A stretch of 64,000 bases of DNA from a virus (IMGVR_UViG_3300045988_104147:7757-71756); one strand, 5' to 3'; positions 19,213 through 29,464 are shown, counted from the first letter of the stretch. Translations and numbers: made by a program. Notes: a model not told the origin generated them from the sequence alone.

Positions 19213-19545
19213 ATGAAACTGATATTAAACTTCAAAGACGTCAATGAATTGAAGACGGATGAAAAGTTAATTGAATGTATAGCAGGGATAGTGAATTATT
19301 ACAGATTCCTGTGTTTTCATCCGAGAAATTCCAACTATGTGATTTTACTAAATCATTGTGAAGAACCTGTACGATTTCATTATAAGAACCTGATAGACCG
19401 ATTTTTTACGGATTATACGCAACGTGATATTATCACCTATCGTAAGGAATATGCCTTAAAGGAAATAAAGGAATTTGAACAAGCATTATCTGAATTAGAG
19501 GGTAAGGGCAATTTAGAAGATCAAATAACAACTAAAAATAATTGA
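19213..19545 (+). CDS. hypothetical protein (start trimmed to MKLILNF to remove overlap)
   Basis: ORF track 19165..19545; internal ATG sits just after the upstream stop. Confidence 0.4.
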   Translation: MKLILNFKDVNELKTDEKLIECIAGIVNYYRFLCFHPRNSNYVILLNHCEEPVRFHYKNLIDRFFTDYTQRDIITYRKEYALKEIKEFEQALSELEGKGNLEDQITTKNN

Positions 19546-19548
19546 GTC

Positions 19549-19764
19549 ATGAAAGCTATAAAGAATTTGACTGTAACGGTTACTTACACAGTAGGATTAG
19601 AGGATATAGAAGTTCCAGAAGAAGTATATGATGATCTAATAGAAAACTACGATAACGGAGTGTGGGAAGTTCCTGAAGATTCCATTGCGGCTGAATGGCT
19701 TGCTAATAACATCGTAGAAAAAGATGCGATAAATTGGAGTTGTGAAATTGATGATTTAAAATAA
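19549..19764 (+). CDS. hypothetical protein
   Basis: ORF track. Confidence 0.4.
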   Translation: MKAIKNLTVTVTYTVGLEDIEVPEEVYDDLIENYDNGVWEVPEDSIAAEWLANNIVEKDAINWSCEIDDLK

Positions 19765-19775
19765 CATAAAAAGAT

Positions 19776-20036
19776 ATGAGCAAATACAGAACAGAAGCCG
19801 GAATAGAATGTACTCCAGAAGAATGTAAGTTGATTGACTCTCTGAAACGACTTGCAAAAAAGTGGGAAAAGTATGGTAAGCGTCTTTGGCTTTATAGTGC
19901 AAGTGGAACGCTACATGTAATGATGCATGGAGATACAGAAGATAATCCTGAACCGGAATTTGAAAAATATGGTGGCAGTAATTACAACAATTCTATAGAT
20001 ACTATAAATATTCCAAATGATGGCGGAGATTGGTAA
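19776..20036 (+). CDS. hypothetical protein
   Basis: ORF track. Confidence 0.4.
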   Translation: MSKYRTEAGIECTPEECKLIDSLKRLAKKWEKYGKRLWLYSASGTLHVMMHGDTEDNPEPEFEKYGGSNYNNSIDTINIPNDGGDW

Positions 20037-20058
20037 TAATATAAAAAAATAGCGAATC

Positions 20059-20478
20059 ATGATAACGAAAGAACAAGTTAAAGAAATATTGACAAAAAAT
20101 CCGGCAGGAATTACAAAAGAAGAGTTGAAATTTGTTTTTGGCATATTCTGCTTATCAATCAAAGAATATGAAAAATCAGAACATAATCTTTGGTTTGAAG
20201 TACATTTCGAACGCATATACATCGCTCAAATTCGATATGGTATAAAAGGTGGGATGTCTTTTAGTAACGAATATGTAAATATGGGAGATGGATGTCATGG
20301 AGTAACAATGGGAACAGCGAATAATACAGCCGATCTATTAAAAATATTCATCAATATGTTTTACGACAATTTATTGAAACAAGCCAACTATGCTCCTTTA
20401 TATAACGAAGAGACATCTCAATTCGAATCCCCTGAACAAGCTCAAGAATATTTGGAATATGTTCAATCTATGCTGTAA
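20059..20478 (+). CDS. hypothetical protein
   Basis: ORF track. Confidence 0.45.
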   Translation: MITKEQVKEILTKNPAGITKEELKFVFGIFCLSIKEYEKSEHNLWFEVHFERIYIAQIRYGIKGGMSFSNEYVNMGDGCHGVTMGTANNTADLLKIFINMFYDNLLKQANYAPLYNEETSQFESPEQAQEYLEYVQSML

Positions 20479-20491
20479 AATTTAAAAAGAA

Positions 20492-20827
20492 ATGAAACGA
20501 GAAGATATTGAAAAAGCAGCAAAAGATTATACCATAGGTAAAACACATTTTCGGCGAAACGTTCTCAAAGAAGTGGATGCAAACAATTATGTTTTACGCA
20601 AGGATAATTGCTGTGAAGACTTCATGGCGGGTGTAGAATGGCGCATCAACAGTGCGTGGCATGATGCAAGCGAAACACCACAACACAGTGGAATGTTGAT
20701 TGCTATTAAACAAGATGGAACTCCTATTGTCTGTGGGCCAAATAACTCTAATTGGAAAATAGCTGTTAGAATTTTCCATATCGTAAGATGGGCCTACATC
20801 GAAGATTTACTGCCTATTACATGTTGA
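20492..20827 (+). CDS. hypothetical protein
   Basis: ORF track. Confidence 0.45.
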   Translation: MKREDIEKAAKDYTIGKTHFRRNVLKEVDANNYVLRKDNCCEDFMAGVEWRINSAWHDASETPQHSGMLIAIKQDGTPIVCGPNNSNWKIAVRIFHIVRWAYIEDLLPITC

Positions 20828-20848
20828 ATAATATATTTTCACGAGATC

Positions 20849-21052
20849 ATGACCGATAGAGAGCTTCTTGAAGAAAACAATAAAATGCTAAAGGAAATTC
20901 TAAGTTTTGTGAGAAAAGTTGATTCTGCTGAATACAGGGATCATCAAGACTTTATGGAATTTCTTAGAAATGTGGCAGCCGATATATGGGTAGAATATAC
21001 GGAGCCTGAACAAAGAGGTAGATTGTTTAATTTAATAAATAAAAAGAAATGA
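20849..21052 (+). CDS. hypothetical protein
   Basis: ORF track. Confidence 0.4.
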   Translation: MTDRELLEENNKMLKEILSFVRKVDSAEYRDHQDFMEFLRNVAADIWVEYTEPEQRGRLFNLINKKK

Positions 21053-21717
21053 AAACAGTTTTTGATTTAAGCAGAGATGAGATTGTGTCATTGACATGCA
21101 AAGAGATATATCTGTATATAGACAAAGAGCTTGCTGGTAAAGGTATTCCAATTGAAGCTAAAAATTGGAATATAAAGAACAAAAAAGAAGTCGTGTATCC
21201 AAGAATGGGAGTTCCGGTATTCGTATTAAAAGATATCGGCATCGGTTTTAGAACCATAGAAGGTGCAACTGAGGTGGCTAATTTGCTTGTTAAGTATGAT
21301 GCATTTAAAACAGAATTGAAGTATATGACAGGCTCGTATGAGTCATTTTGGGTTATAAAGGAAAACGTTTGCCCAGCCATTGAAGGAGCAGCAGTATATA
21401 GTAAGGAAGAGTTTGATAAGGTAAACAAGGAAAACAAAGATCCAGAATTGGAAAGTATAAATTCTTTCAATGATACTGTGAAAAAAGCCAATGAAATCAA
21501 AGATAGGGTGTTGAAATACGTGTACAACATAAAACAAGAGCGTTCATACAACAATGACCTGGTTGGTATCTTTGAAAGGTATAAAGATATAGCAGACGGT
21601 GACATGGAAGTAGCTATGAATTTTATTAAGGAGGCTTATCCGTTCAATGAAGAAACAGAGTCGTTTATCAGAAAAAAGTTTGACATGCCTATACCGGGCG
21701 AATCAAAAGAGCAGTAA
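21049..21717 (+). CDS. hypothetical protein (222 aa)
   Basis: ORF track; ATGA coupling. Confidence 0.5.
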   Translation: MKTVFDLSRDEIVSLTCKEIYLYIDKELAGKGIPIEAKNWNIKNKKEVVYPRMGVPVFVLKDIGIGFRTIEGATEVANLLVKYDAFKTELKYMTGSYESFWVIKENVCPAIEGAAVYSKEEFDKVNKENKDPELESINSFNDTVKKANEIKDRVLKYVYNIKQERSYNNDLVGIFERYKDIADGDMEVAMNFIKEAYPFNEETESFIRKKFDMPIPGESKEQ

Positions 21718-21789
21718 TTAAGCTAAATTAAATCATTTTGAATCTTTTTTATTATCAAAAGACATATCTTTGTCCAAAAAACAAACAGA

Positions 21790-22044
21790 ATGGAAGAAAA
21801 AGAGATAAAGAATGCTATGATTGAAGCCCTGACGCACTTAGAAGGGTGTAAGTATTTCGTGGCTACGATAGTGAATGAAGAGGAAAGAAGATTTGATATG
21901 AGCCAAAGAATGTCACAGTATCAATTGGCGTTAGTTATAAAAAGCATCTTATCTAATAATGAGATGATGATGATGGATGTTTTGCAATGGTGTTCTGAAA
22001 GATTTAAAAACAGTATAGAGAAAGGAAAGAAATCAACTAATTAA
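21790..22044 (+). CDS. hypothetical protein
   Basis: ORF track. Confidence 0.4.
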   Translation: MEEKEIKNAMIEALTHLEGCKYFVATIVNEEERRFDMSQRMSQYQLALVIKSILSNNEMMMMDVLQWCSERFKNSIEKGKKSTN

Positions 22045-22055
22045 ATATTAATACA

Positions 22056-22526
22056 ATGAATCGCTGGTTTGAAATTACGGTAAAAGCCGAGATTGATAAT
22101 ATCGAGAACGGCAAAAAAAAGAAAGTAACTGAAAAGTATTTGGTAGATGCCTTGTCTTACACAGAGGCAGAATCAAGATCGTTGGAGATCTTTAAGGATT
22201 TGTACAATTCTTTCGAGGTTGTAAAAATTAATCCTATTAAAGTGTCGGAAATCTTCTTCAACGGAGAAGCTGAGTACTGGTATAAGTGTAAGGTTAATTA
22301 CATTACACTGGATGAAAAGAAAGGCAAAGAAAAGAAAACACCATGCTATATGTATGTCCAGGCCGGAAATCCGAAAGACGCTGAGGCTGTGTTAACTAAG
22401 GGCATGCAAGGTACGTTGGGCGACTGGAATTGCGAGGCTATTGCAGAAACGAAAATCATTGAAGTGTTTAAATACGATCTGCAAAAAGGCGTAGAAAAAT
22501 TGGGAGAAAAGAAAACTGATGAGTGA
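22056..22526 (+). CDS. hypothetical protein
   Basis: ORF track. Confidence 0.45.
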   Translation: MNRWFEITVKAEIDNIENGKKKKVTEKYLVDALSYTEAESRSLEIFKDLYNSFEVVKINPIKVSEIFFNGEAEYWYKCKVNYITLDEKKGKEKKTPCYMYVQAGNPKDAEAVLTKGMQGTLGDWNCEAIAETKIIEVFKYDLQKGVEKLGEKKTDE

Positions 22527-22770
22527 TGTTGTTTCCCGTGTAGCACTTGCGACGGCAATTGTATTATTGGTAGTAGCAGGTGCTACTTTACTGATAGTGA
22601 TTAAGACAGAAGAGGTACCAAGATGGTTAATGAACTTACCATATACGTTGTCTTTAACGGCGGTATCCTTTTTAACTATATCACTTGTATCTAAATATAT
22701 ATCGCTTGTATCTAAATATAGAAAGTGGAAAAGAAATTGTACGCCTGTGAACGATGCGGACGAAAAGTGA
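22519..22770 (+). CDS. small membrane protein (two predicted TM helices) carrying a 21-bp internal tandem duplication
   Basis: hydrophobic stretches; SLVSKYI repeat. Confidence 0.4.
   Translation: MSDVVSRVALATAIVLLVVAGATLLIVIKTEEVPRWLMNLPYTLSLTAVSFLTISLVSKYISLVSKYRKWKRNCTPVNDADEK
22684..22720 (+). repeat. tandem direct repeat, 2 x cttgtatctaaatata with a 21-bp period
   Basis: exact 16-mer at 22684..22699 and again at 22705..22720. Confidence 0.8.
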
Positions 22771-23240
22771 TGATAAGAAGTCATGGCTTATGCCAGGCTT
22801 GCAGGAGCAAAGAGTTGACTCTGAAGAAAAAAAACAGAATTACATCCATTAAAAACAGCAGCAAGAAGAAAAAGTTAGAGAACCCGGATTTATCCGGGTT
22901 TTTTCGTCTTATGTTGGAGGAGTTGGGTAGCATTCGAATGTCTATGACTGGTAAGGCTATTCATTTTCCTACAGTATGTAACGTCTGTCACATACTTCCG
23001 AAAAGGATATATAAGTCGGTTGCTACTTGCAGGGATAATATAGTTTTCCTACATGAATCGGAGCATACGGTATTCGACATGTATCTTGACAGGATGGAAT
23101 TTGATAAACTTGAAACAGAATTTCCTTTTGTGTGGAAGTATGCGGTAAAGAAGGTACTGGATATGGAAAGCAGGGGAATGATTAAAGAAAGAGGTAGATT
23201 AATTATTGAAATAATTAACAGATATGAGAAAACTTTATAA
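22725..23240 (+). CDS. zinc-ribbon protein (CERCGRK...CQAC)
   Basis: ORF track plus CxxC pairs. Confidence 0.45.
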   Translation: MEKKLYACERCGRKVMIRSHGLCQACRSKELTLKKKNRITSIKNSSKKKKLENPDLSGFFRLMLEELGSIRMSMTGKAIHFPTVCNVCHILPKRIYKSVATCRDNIVFLHESEHTVFDMYLDRMEFDKLETEFPFVWKYAVKKVLDMESRGMIKERGRLIIEIINRYEKTL

Positions 23241-23396
23241 AATAAGAATAGAAGCTGACGATGAAACTATCTTTTATGCTCACATACAAAGAGAGAGTTA
23301 TGGTAAGGATATAGCTATCGCAGTGAAAGATAGAGATAAAGATGAAGTGGAAACGGTGTTACATTGTATTAAAGAAGAATTAATTAGAGGAAGATC

Positions 23397-24716
23397 ATGA
23401 AAGAAAAAATAAAAATATTGACAGATTTAGGGTTTGTGCCTATGGTAGAAGGAGAAGGAAATACGTTGTTTAGAATGAACGATGTTGTGATGTCGGTGTC
23501 AGATCCTAATCAAACACCGGAGCAATTGAGAAAGGAAGTTATGTCTTTAATAAAAAACAAAGATATAGCAGAAAGAGGCGGACAGGTTCCAGTAGTTAAA
23601 GAGCCGGCGCCTGAGCCAGAGCAGGCCCAGAAGGAGGAGGAACCGGAAGCTCCGGCGGAGGAAGCCGCTCCTAACCCTGGAGAAGAAGATTCGAATCCGT
23701 TTACAGAAAATCAAGAAACGTTAGAGCCGTTTTATATCTGCGATGAGTTGAAGAAGATTGAGACTCCCAAATTCGTAAGATTGACATTAGACGATAATCG
23801 TTTTTATGTAAGGAAGATGGATGATGGAACGGCCAAGATATATGCTTCAGTAACAACTTTAATCAAAGATGGGTATGTAGATGATAAGACCGCACTTCAG
23901 GAATGGAAGCAAGAGATGAAGATGCTTGGTCGCAATCCGGAAGAGGTGGCGCAGTATGAGGCTGACAGGGGAACGATCATGCACTACTTATACGGATTGT
24001 ACCTAACAGGTAGAGATATGGTCTTAAATCGAAGTTTTGTAGTTAAGACAGTGCAAGAAGGCAAGCTGAAGATATCTAAGAAAAATCTTGATCGGTTTTT
24101 TAACAGTATTGATGATCTTGATGATATGATTGTCAGAATTATGAAGTTTGCCAAATTTTGTTCGGAGTATAAGGTTAAGCCGATGATGATTGAAAGAATA
24201 TTGTCATTAGAAGACTATTTGGTAGCTACGCCGATAGATGCGATGGTTAAAATGACATTCAAATACAAAGAAGAAGGTTATTTTGGAGCCGTGTATCAAA
24301 GGGCCACAGGGCAGTTCAAAAAAGGTGATCCGAAGAAGGAGGTAAGAGACGTGGAGAAGGAAGAAGTGGTTATTCTCGACTTTAAATCAGGGGGAATATG
24401 GGAATCATACGCATTTCAATTAGAAGCTGAAAGAAGAATGGTTAAAGCATGGTATGGGATTGATGCACGTATTATGAACTTTTCTCCAAAAAGCACGAGT
24501 AGCAAAGGATATACGTTGAAAGAATGGACAGAAGACAGTATAGCACTTGAAAAGGCGGACTGCGTGTTCCAACAAGGTATGTTGAATCACCTTAGAAAAG
24601 ATAAGAAGTTCAAAGTGAGAAAAGGAGTGCTGAATATCAATAAGCCGTACAATGAAGAGGATCATACGGTCGTGTATGATATTGCAGAGGAAATGTCTAA
24701 AAGATTCATAATATGA
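23397..24716 (+). CDS. PD-(D/E)XK nuclease-family protein with Pro/Glu-rich disordered N-terminal linker (ILDFKSGG ... YAFQLEAE motifs)
   Basis: RecB/Cas4-like motif III (DFKSG) and QL..E motif read by eye. Confidence 0.45.
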   Translation: MKEKIKILTDLGFVPMVEGEGNTLFRMNDVVMSVSDPNQTPEQLRKEVMSLIKNKDIAERGGQVPVVKEPAPEPEQAQKEEEPEAPAEEAAPNPGEEDSNPFTENQETLEPFYICDELKKIETPKFVRLTLDDNRFYVRKMDDGTAKIYASVTTLIKDGYVDDKTALQEWKQEMKMLGRNPEEVAQYEADRGTIMHYLYGLYLTGRDMVLNRSFVVKTVQEGKLKISKKNLDRFFNSIDDLDDMIVRIMKFAKFCSEYKVKPMMIERILSLEDYLVATPIDAMVKMTFKYKEEGYFGAVYQRATGQFKKGDPKKEVRDVEKEEVVILDFKSGGIWESYAFQLEAERRMVKAWYGIDARIMNFSPKSTSSKGYTLKEWTEDSIALEKADCVFQQGMLNHLRKDKKFKVRKGVLNINKPYNEEDHTVVYDIAEEMSKRFII

Positions 24717-24946
24717 ACGATATTGTTATTCCTGAAGGAGATTATATAGAAATCGTAAAACCGATATGCATCAATCCTTTTGGTGATTATTTTATTAACA
24801 TCAAAAGGGGTTCGAGATTAAGATTATCGAAAGATTTGAAAATAGGAGATAAATATGCAATATGTGTACTTGCATCTCATAAGAAATATGGCAAGACCAT
24901 CGAAATAATAATGCCTATATTGGTCAGAAATACAAGAAGAGTATGA
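24713..24946 (+). CDS. hypothetical protein
   Basis: ORF track. Confidence 0.4.
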   Translation: MNDIVIPEGDYIEIVKPICINPFGDYFINIKRGSRLRLSKDLKIGDKYAICVLASHKKYGKTIEIIMPILVRNTRRV

Positions 24947-25293
24947 AGAGAAAAATTAGAAGAACAGGAGAGATAATAGACGTAATCACTTTCAGTAGCT
25001 CAACTACAAGAAGCGACCATGACAGAATACAGTTCTATGGTGATAATGGGAATGTGATAAGTGAGAGTTTAAATTTTTATCTCGATACCCTTCCTGTAAA
25101 TGACGAAAACAAAGATGTAGACTGGGAACAACGTAGATTTGATCTTGTTAAGGCTTATTCTATTGAGTTTGTTAAAGCACAAAATAGAAAAGGTGAAATA
25201 GATTGCGGAGTATATGTACCAGATGTGGTATCATGGTCTATAACTATAGCAGATAGAATCATAGAGGCAATGAGGGGAATTAAAAATGCTTGA
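24943..25293 (+). CDS. hypothetical protein
   Basis: ORF track. Confidence 0.4.
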   Translation: MKRKIRRTGEIIDVITFSSSTTRSDHDRIQFYGDNGNVISESLNFYLDTLPVNDENKDVDWEQRRFDLVKAYSIEFVKAQNRKGEIDCGVYVPDVVSWSITIADRIIEAMRGIKNA

Positions 25294-26299
25294 TTTTAGA
25301 AAATACGAAAACGTACCTCGGTTTCAACTTGACCGCAGACCGGGCAGGAGCCGACTGAAGCTAACCTGCCCGGCTTGCGGGAAAAGCCGGTGCCTCACTC
25401 CTTATATTGATGTGGCAACAGGTCAGGTTGTTGGAAACGAGTTCGGAAGATGTGATCATGAACGGACTTGCGGTTACGATAAACGACCTACCGGTAAGGA
25501 TGTAGGTGATAAAGATCTTTGGATTTCGGGAAACAAGTGTATAAGAGCTTATCGTCCTCCTGTAAATCCTGACGTTGTAAATTACATACCTTTTAGCGAG
25601 TTTGAGAGGACTGTAGTCCCAGACGATAGAAACATCGTATTTAGATTTTTATCGTCTCTATGGGGAAAAGAAAGGGTATCTGATGTGTTCAGAAGGTATC
25701 ATGTCGGAACAATGGACTTATGGGGATGGAAAGGGTGTTGTATATTCTGGCAGATAGACAAAGATTTTGTATGTAGAACTGGCAAGATCATGGACTTTTA
25801 TATAAAGACCGACAGCCAGGGGAATGAGATTGATGTAAAAAGAGTGAAGGAAAAAGACGGTGACAATGAGCGGCCTCATGTTATGTTTTATCACTCGTTG
25901 CATGCAAGAGACTTCTTGTTTAGACAATGCCTGTTCGGAGAGCATCTTCTAAGCCAGTATCCGGATAAGGTGGTTAATTTGGTGGAATCAGAAAAGACGG
26001 CTATTATATGTGCCGTGAATAAACCGGATGAGTTATTTGTGGCTACCGGTGGGTTGCAGAATCTAAGGCCGGAAGTGATAGATGTTTTAAAAGATAGAAA
26101 GACTGTAGCTTTTCCGGACAAAGGACAAGCATTTGAGACATGGAGTAAAAAGATAGATGGGATGATGATGAAGTCAAGGATAAAAGTATCGGACTATCTT
26201 CAAAATGTTGAAAATGTAGGAGACGGAGATGATGTGGCAGATTTGATAATTAGTAACAAGGTAAAAGAAAAATATTATGAGCCTGGACGTTTATATTAA
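25286..26299 (+). CDS. putative DNA primase: N-terminal zinc ribbon (CPACGKSRC...CDHERTC) plus TOPRIM-like motifs (VNLVESEKTAI; VAFPDKGQAFE)
   Basis: motifs read by eye; sits next to a DnaB-like helicase. Confidence 0.5.
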   Translation: MLDFRKYENVPRFQLDRRPGRSRLKLTCPACGKSRCLTPYIDVATGQVVGNEFGRCDHERTCGYDKRPTGKDVGDKDLWISGNKCIRAYRPPVNPDVVNYIPFSEFERTVVPDDRNIVFRFLSSLWGKERVSDVFRRYHVGTMDLWGWKGCCIFWQIDKDFVCRTGKIMDFYIKTDSQGNEIDVKRVKEKDGDNERPHVMFYHSLHARDFLFRQCLFGEHLLSQYPDKVVNLVESEKTAIICAVNKPDELFVATGGLQNLRPEVIDVLKDRKTVAFPDKGQAFETWSKKIDGMMMKSRIKVSDYLQNVENVGDGDDVADLIISNKVKEKYYEPGRLY

Positions 26300-26627
26300 G
26301 AACAAGAAGAAAGAAGATCGTGAATGGGTTGCAAACATTACCCACAACATGAACAAGATGGCACAAAGAATATTCGTATCAGAAAATAAAGAAACGCTAT
26401 ACGATTATGTTTGGAGACCAGAAGAATTGTATAGAGAAATATATACCAATGAGATGAAGAATGTACTTACAAAAGGTATATGTATTATGGTCTCCAAGAG
26501 AAAAAGTCTTTTGAGATACGAGCCGGAAAACGGATGGGGGTCTTATGATTCATTTCTTAAGTTTCTTATCAAATACAAAGAGGCGTGTGAAGATCATCCG
26601 GGTTATATAATTGAAGCAAGTAGATAA
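26277..26627 (+). CDS. hypothetical protein
   Basis: ORF track. Confidence 0.4.
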   Translation: MSLDVYIKNKKKEDREWVANITHNMNKMAQRIFVSENKETLYDYVWRPEELYREIYTNEMKNVLTKGICIMVSKRKSLLRYEPENGWGSYDSFLKFLIKYKEACEDHPGYIIEASR

Positions 26628-26886
26628 TATGGAAAATTACAAAAACACTTTAAATGAGATAGTGGTGATCGAATCGTCACCAGAAACGTATTTTGTTTAC
26701 GCTATTCGTAATGCTATTCGTATCTCTAAATGTGCGTATCCGACAGCCAAGAAAGTAATTTTCAAAAGAGAGGACGTAGAGGTAGAGATCTCAGAAATGG
26801 AAACTGAAAGCAGTTTGTATGAAAAGTTTAAAGAAAAACAAAAGAATAGGGTATGGAACTTAATGAGCGCCAACAACGGGTTTTAA
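26611..26886 (+). CDS. hypothetical protein
   Basis: ORF track. Confidence 0.4.
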   Translation: MKQVDNMENYKNTLNEIVVIESSPETYFVYAIRNAIRISKCAYPTAKKVIFKREDVEVEISEMETESSLYEKFKEKQKNRVWNLMSANNGF

Positions 26887-27419
26887 GAGGCGAAATTTAT
26901 CCTTATTGCGGAAGAGAAACTGAGCTGGTAAATGCCGATAAAATATATAGCAGAAAAGGCTTAGGGATGGTTATGATGTGCAAACCATGCAACGCTTATG
27001 TCGGTGTTCATGAATCAGGGCCGAATAAGGGAAAAGCTAAAGGCCGGCTTGCGGGGCCATCACTGAGGTCTCTTAAGATAAGAGTCCATGCCGAACTTGA
27101 CAGATTATGGTCTACGCCGGAGGAACGGGAAAGGATGTATAAAGATTTATCTGAATTTCTATCTATACCGGAAGAGTACACACATATAGGTATGTTTGGC
27201 GAGAAGACGATGGGAAAAGTCTTTCAGTTCTGTCATGTAAACAAAGAACGATCAGGTTCGAGAATAGAATGGCATAAGCCTGGAGATAAGTGCCCTAATA
27301 AGAACAATCAAATAGTGTCAGGAAGTAGCGCATGTAGAGGATGTCCTGAGTATCTCCATGATGAGAAAGATGGGTATGTCTGGTGTGATCCTGATATGAG
27401 CTACGGCAGGTTGAAATAG
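26853..27419 (+). CDS. zinc-finger protein (YCGRETE...CKPCNAY; resembles DUF3268-type phage Zn-finger proteins)
   Basis: motifs read by eye. Confidence 0.4.
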   Translation: MELNERQQRVLRGEIYPYCGRETELVNADKIYSRKGLGMVMMCKPCNAYVGVHESGPNKGKAKGRLAGPSLRSLKIRVHAELDRLWSTPEERERMYKDLSEFLSIPEEYTHIGMFGEKTMGKVFQFCHVNKERSGSRIEWHKPGDKCPNKNNQIVSGSSACRGCPEYLHDEKDGYVWCDPDMSYGRLK

Positions 27420-27472
27420 GGCGCGAATTGCCTATCTTTGTGCTATTATTAATCAAAAAAAAATATAAGCAC

Positions 27473-27751
27473 ATGGGCAGATCAACAGAGTACTACAGGA
27501 CTCATCCAGAAGCCAGGAAGAAAAAGGCTAAAAAGGACAAGGAGATAAATGCCAGACCGGAACAGAAAGCCAAACGCCGGGAGCTTGGTCGTAAAAACTA
27601 CGAAACGGACAAGAAGAAGGGCAAGGGCTGGAGGAAAGGCAAGGATTGTTCTCATACCAAGAACGGTCTTAGGTATAAATCAGTAAAAGCTAATAGGGGA
27701 TCCAAGTCGGATACGAAAGGTGACAAAAATGCAAGAGGAGATAGCAAATAG
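27473..27751 (+). CDS. highly basic Lys/Arg-rich small protein (histone-like / nucleic-acid-binding candidate)
   Basis: more than 35% K+R; start moved to MGRSTEYY (track ORF starts at 27428 inside an A9 tract). Confidence 0.4.
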   Translation: MGRSTEYYRTHPEARKKKAKKDKEINARPEQKAKRRELGRKNYETDKKKGKGWRKGKDCSHTKNGLRYKSVKANRGSKSDTKGDKNARGDSK

Positions 27752-28847
27752 GATAGATATAAGAAGGATATTCAAGACCTCTAAACAAGTTATGGAAGAG
27801 GCGTATGAGAATATCTTGAAATACAGGCGGGGAGAGCTTATCCCCGCTAAAACCGGATACGATTATATTGATGAGGCTTTGCTTGGAGGTATTTTCCCTC
27901 AGCACGCTATTGCCATAGGAGCCCGGCCATCTGTAGGTAAATCGTATGTGGCCCAAAAGATATTGGAAAATGTGATGAATCCGATGATCAACCCGCAAGC
28001 AGAAGATTATTTTCTTGTCAATTGCGAGTTCGAAATGAATCCTCAAGATCTTCTTCTTCGCAGAATGAGCCAGGATATGAAAAAGCGGGCTCCTGAAATA
28101 TTAAGAAGGCAAGATTCTAATACAGTAGAAGAGATGAGGATGTTTGAAATCCTTCAAGGTGAAATCAGGAATAATATAATATACATCGATGCTCCGTGTA
28201 CGGTAAAAGAGTTTGAGGCGGCTGTGTATCATATAGCTACCAAACATAAAGACAAACGTCTTATAATATTTAAAGTCGATCATATTGCTTTGATAAAAAG
28301 AATGGGATTAGATCCTAAGTCGGCTATAGATGATTTGGTGGCGGTTATGAACGAAGCTAAATTAGTATATAAAAACATATTTTTCCTCATCATATCCCAA
28401 TTCAACAGAGAAATAGAAGGAAGGATAAAAAGCCCACAAGAGCAGCCTCCGCGTCTTTCTGATTTTTACCAGTCTGATACGCTGGGTCAGTTATGTACGT
28501 TAATGATAGGCTTGCACAATCCTCGTAGGTACGGGCTGGATAAGTATATGATATTTGGGAAAGATTGGTATCAGACTCTTGATAGGTTTAAAACTGAAAA
28601 CAAAACATCATTCAGGACAGCCGGACTGGTGTTTCATCATATACTGAAGGTAAGGCAAGTTAGTATGGAAGAGCTTACTAATACAATCCACCCAGAGATC
28701 CTGCCGGGGCATGGATGGATGTACGGGGAGGGCGGGACGAAGTTCGTGAACCCTAACCAGCCGCCGACGCCGCCCAAGCTCTATACTGTGGAAGACGTTA
28801 CGGACAATCAGGAACAAGAGACAAAAGAAGAACAGTCATTGTATTAA
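27720..28847 (+). CDS. DnaB-like replicative helicase (RecA-fold C-terminal domain; Walker A GARPSVGKS)
   Basis: Walker A/B and DnaB-C-like arrangement read by eye. Confidence 0.6.
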   Translation: MTKMQEEIANRIDIRRIFKTSKQVMEEAYENILKYRRGELIPAKTGYDYIDEALLGGIFPQHAIAIGARPSVGKSYVAQKILENVMNPMINPQAEDYFLVNCEFEMNPQDLLLRRMSQDMKKRAPEILRRQDSNTVEEMRMFEILQGEIRNNIIYIDAPCTVKEFEAAVYHIATKHKDKRLIIFKVDHIALIKRMGLDPKSAIDDLVAVMNEAKLVYKNIFFLIISQFNREIEGRIKSPQEQPPRLSDFYQSDTLGQLCTLMIGLHNPRRYGLDKYMIFGKDWYQTLDRFKTENKTSFRTAGLVFHHILKVRQVSMEELTNTIHPEILPGHGWMYGEGGTKFVNPNQPPTPPKLYTVEDVTDNQEQETKEEQSLY

Positions 28848-28861
28848 AAAAAATAAGAACC

Positions 28862-29464
28862 ATGAGACTAACAGTAGAAGAAAACGAATACCTGATAAGT
28901 AAGTTCCTTTTAGTTCTTACTGAGTTTGCAGGGGATGAAAGAGAGATGTTTTTAATCAACTCCATACATGATAAGGCGGTGGCGGATATGAATTATCGTC
29001 TTCCGTCTTTAATAAGCAGAGAACGTAAAAGACGAGTTATTGAGCTCCTTAAAGAAGGAACCAGAATAATCAAGGACTTTTCTGGCTATGCAGGTGATAT
29101 GGGTATGATTAACGAATACGATCGTCTAAAGAAAGAAATAGGAACCGTCCAAGACCAGCTTGGTGACGTAGAAGGTCAACTTCGGGCAGCAGGAGAAGTT
29201 ATTAAAAAAGAACTTGATATGATTGCTGACCGAATCAAAGAAGATCTTCTTGACCGAGAACTGGCTAAAAGTAATGCCGAGGCCGAAAGAAAAGCCAAAG
29301 TAGATCCGAGATATGAAGTAGCTTTAGGTGATTATAAGGAGATGCTGGAAGTGATTTTTACAACCAGAAACAAGTATTCTACGGTAGATTCTGTACATGA
29401 CGATCTTCGACAGTCGGTATCTACCGGTAGAAATTCGATTATTAAAGAAGGGTACAACAGTTAA
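28862..29464 (+). CDS. hypothetical coiled-coil protein
   Basis: ORF track. Confidence 0.45.
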   Translation: MRLTVEENEYLISKFLLVLTEFAGDEREMFLINSIHDKAVADMNYRLPSLISRERKRRVIELLKEGTRIIKDFSGYAGDMGMINEYDRLKKEIGTVQDQLGDVEGQLRAAGEVIKKELDMIADRIKEDLLDRELAKSNAEAERKAKVDPRYEVALGDYKEMLEVIFTTRNKYSTVDSVHDDLRQSVSTGRNSIIKEGYNS

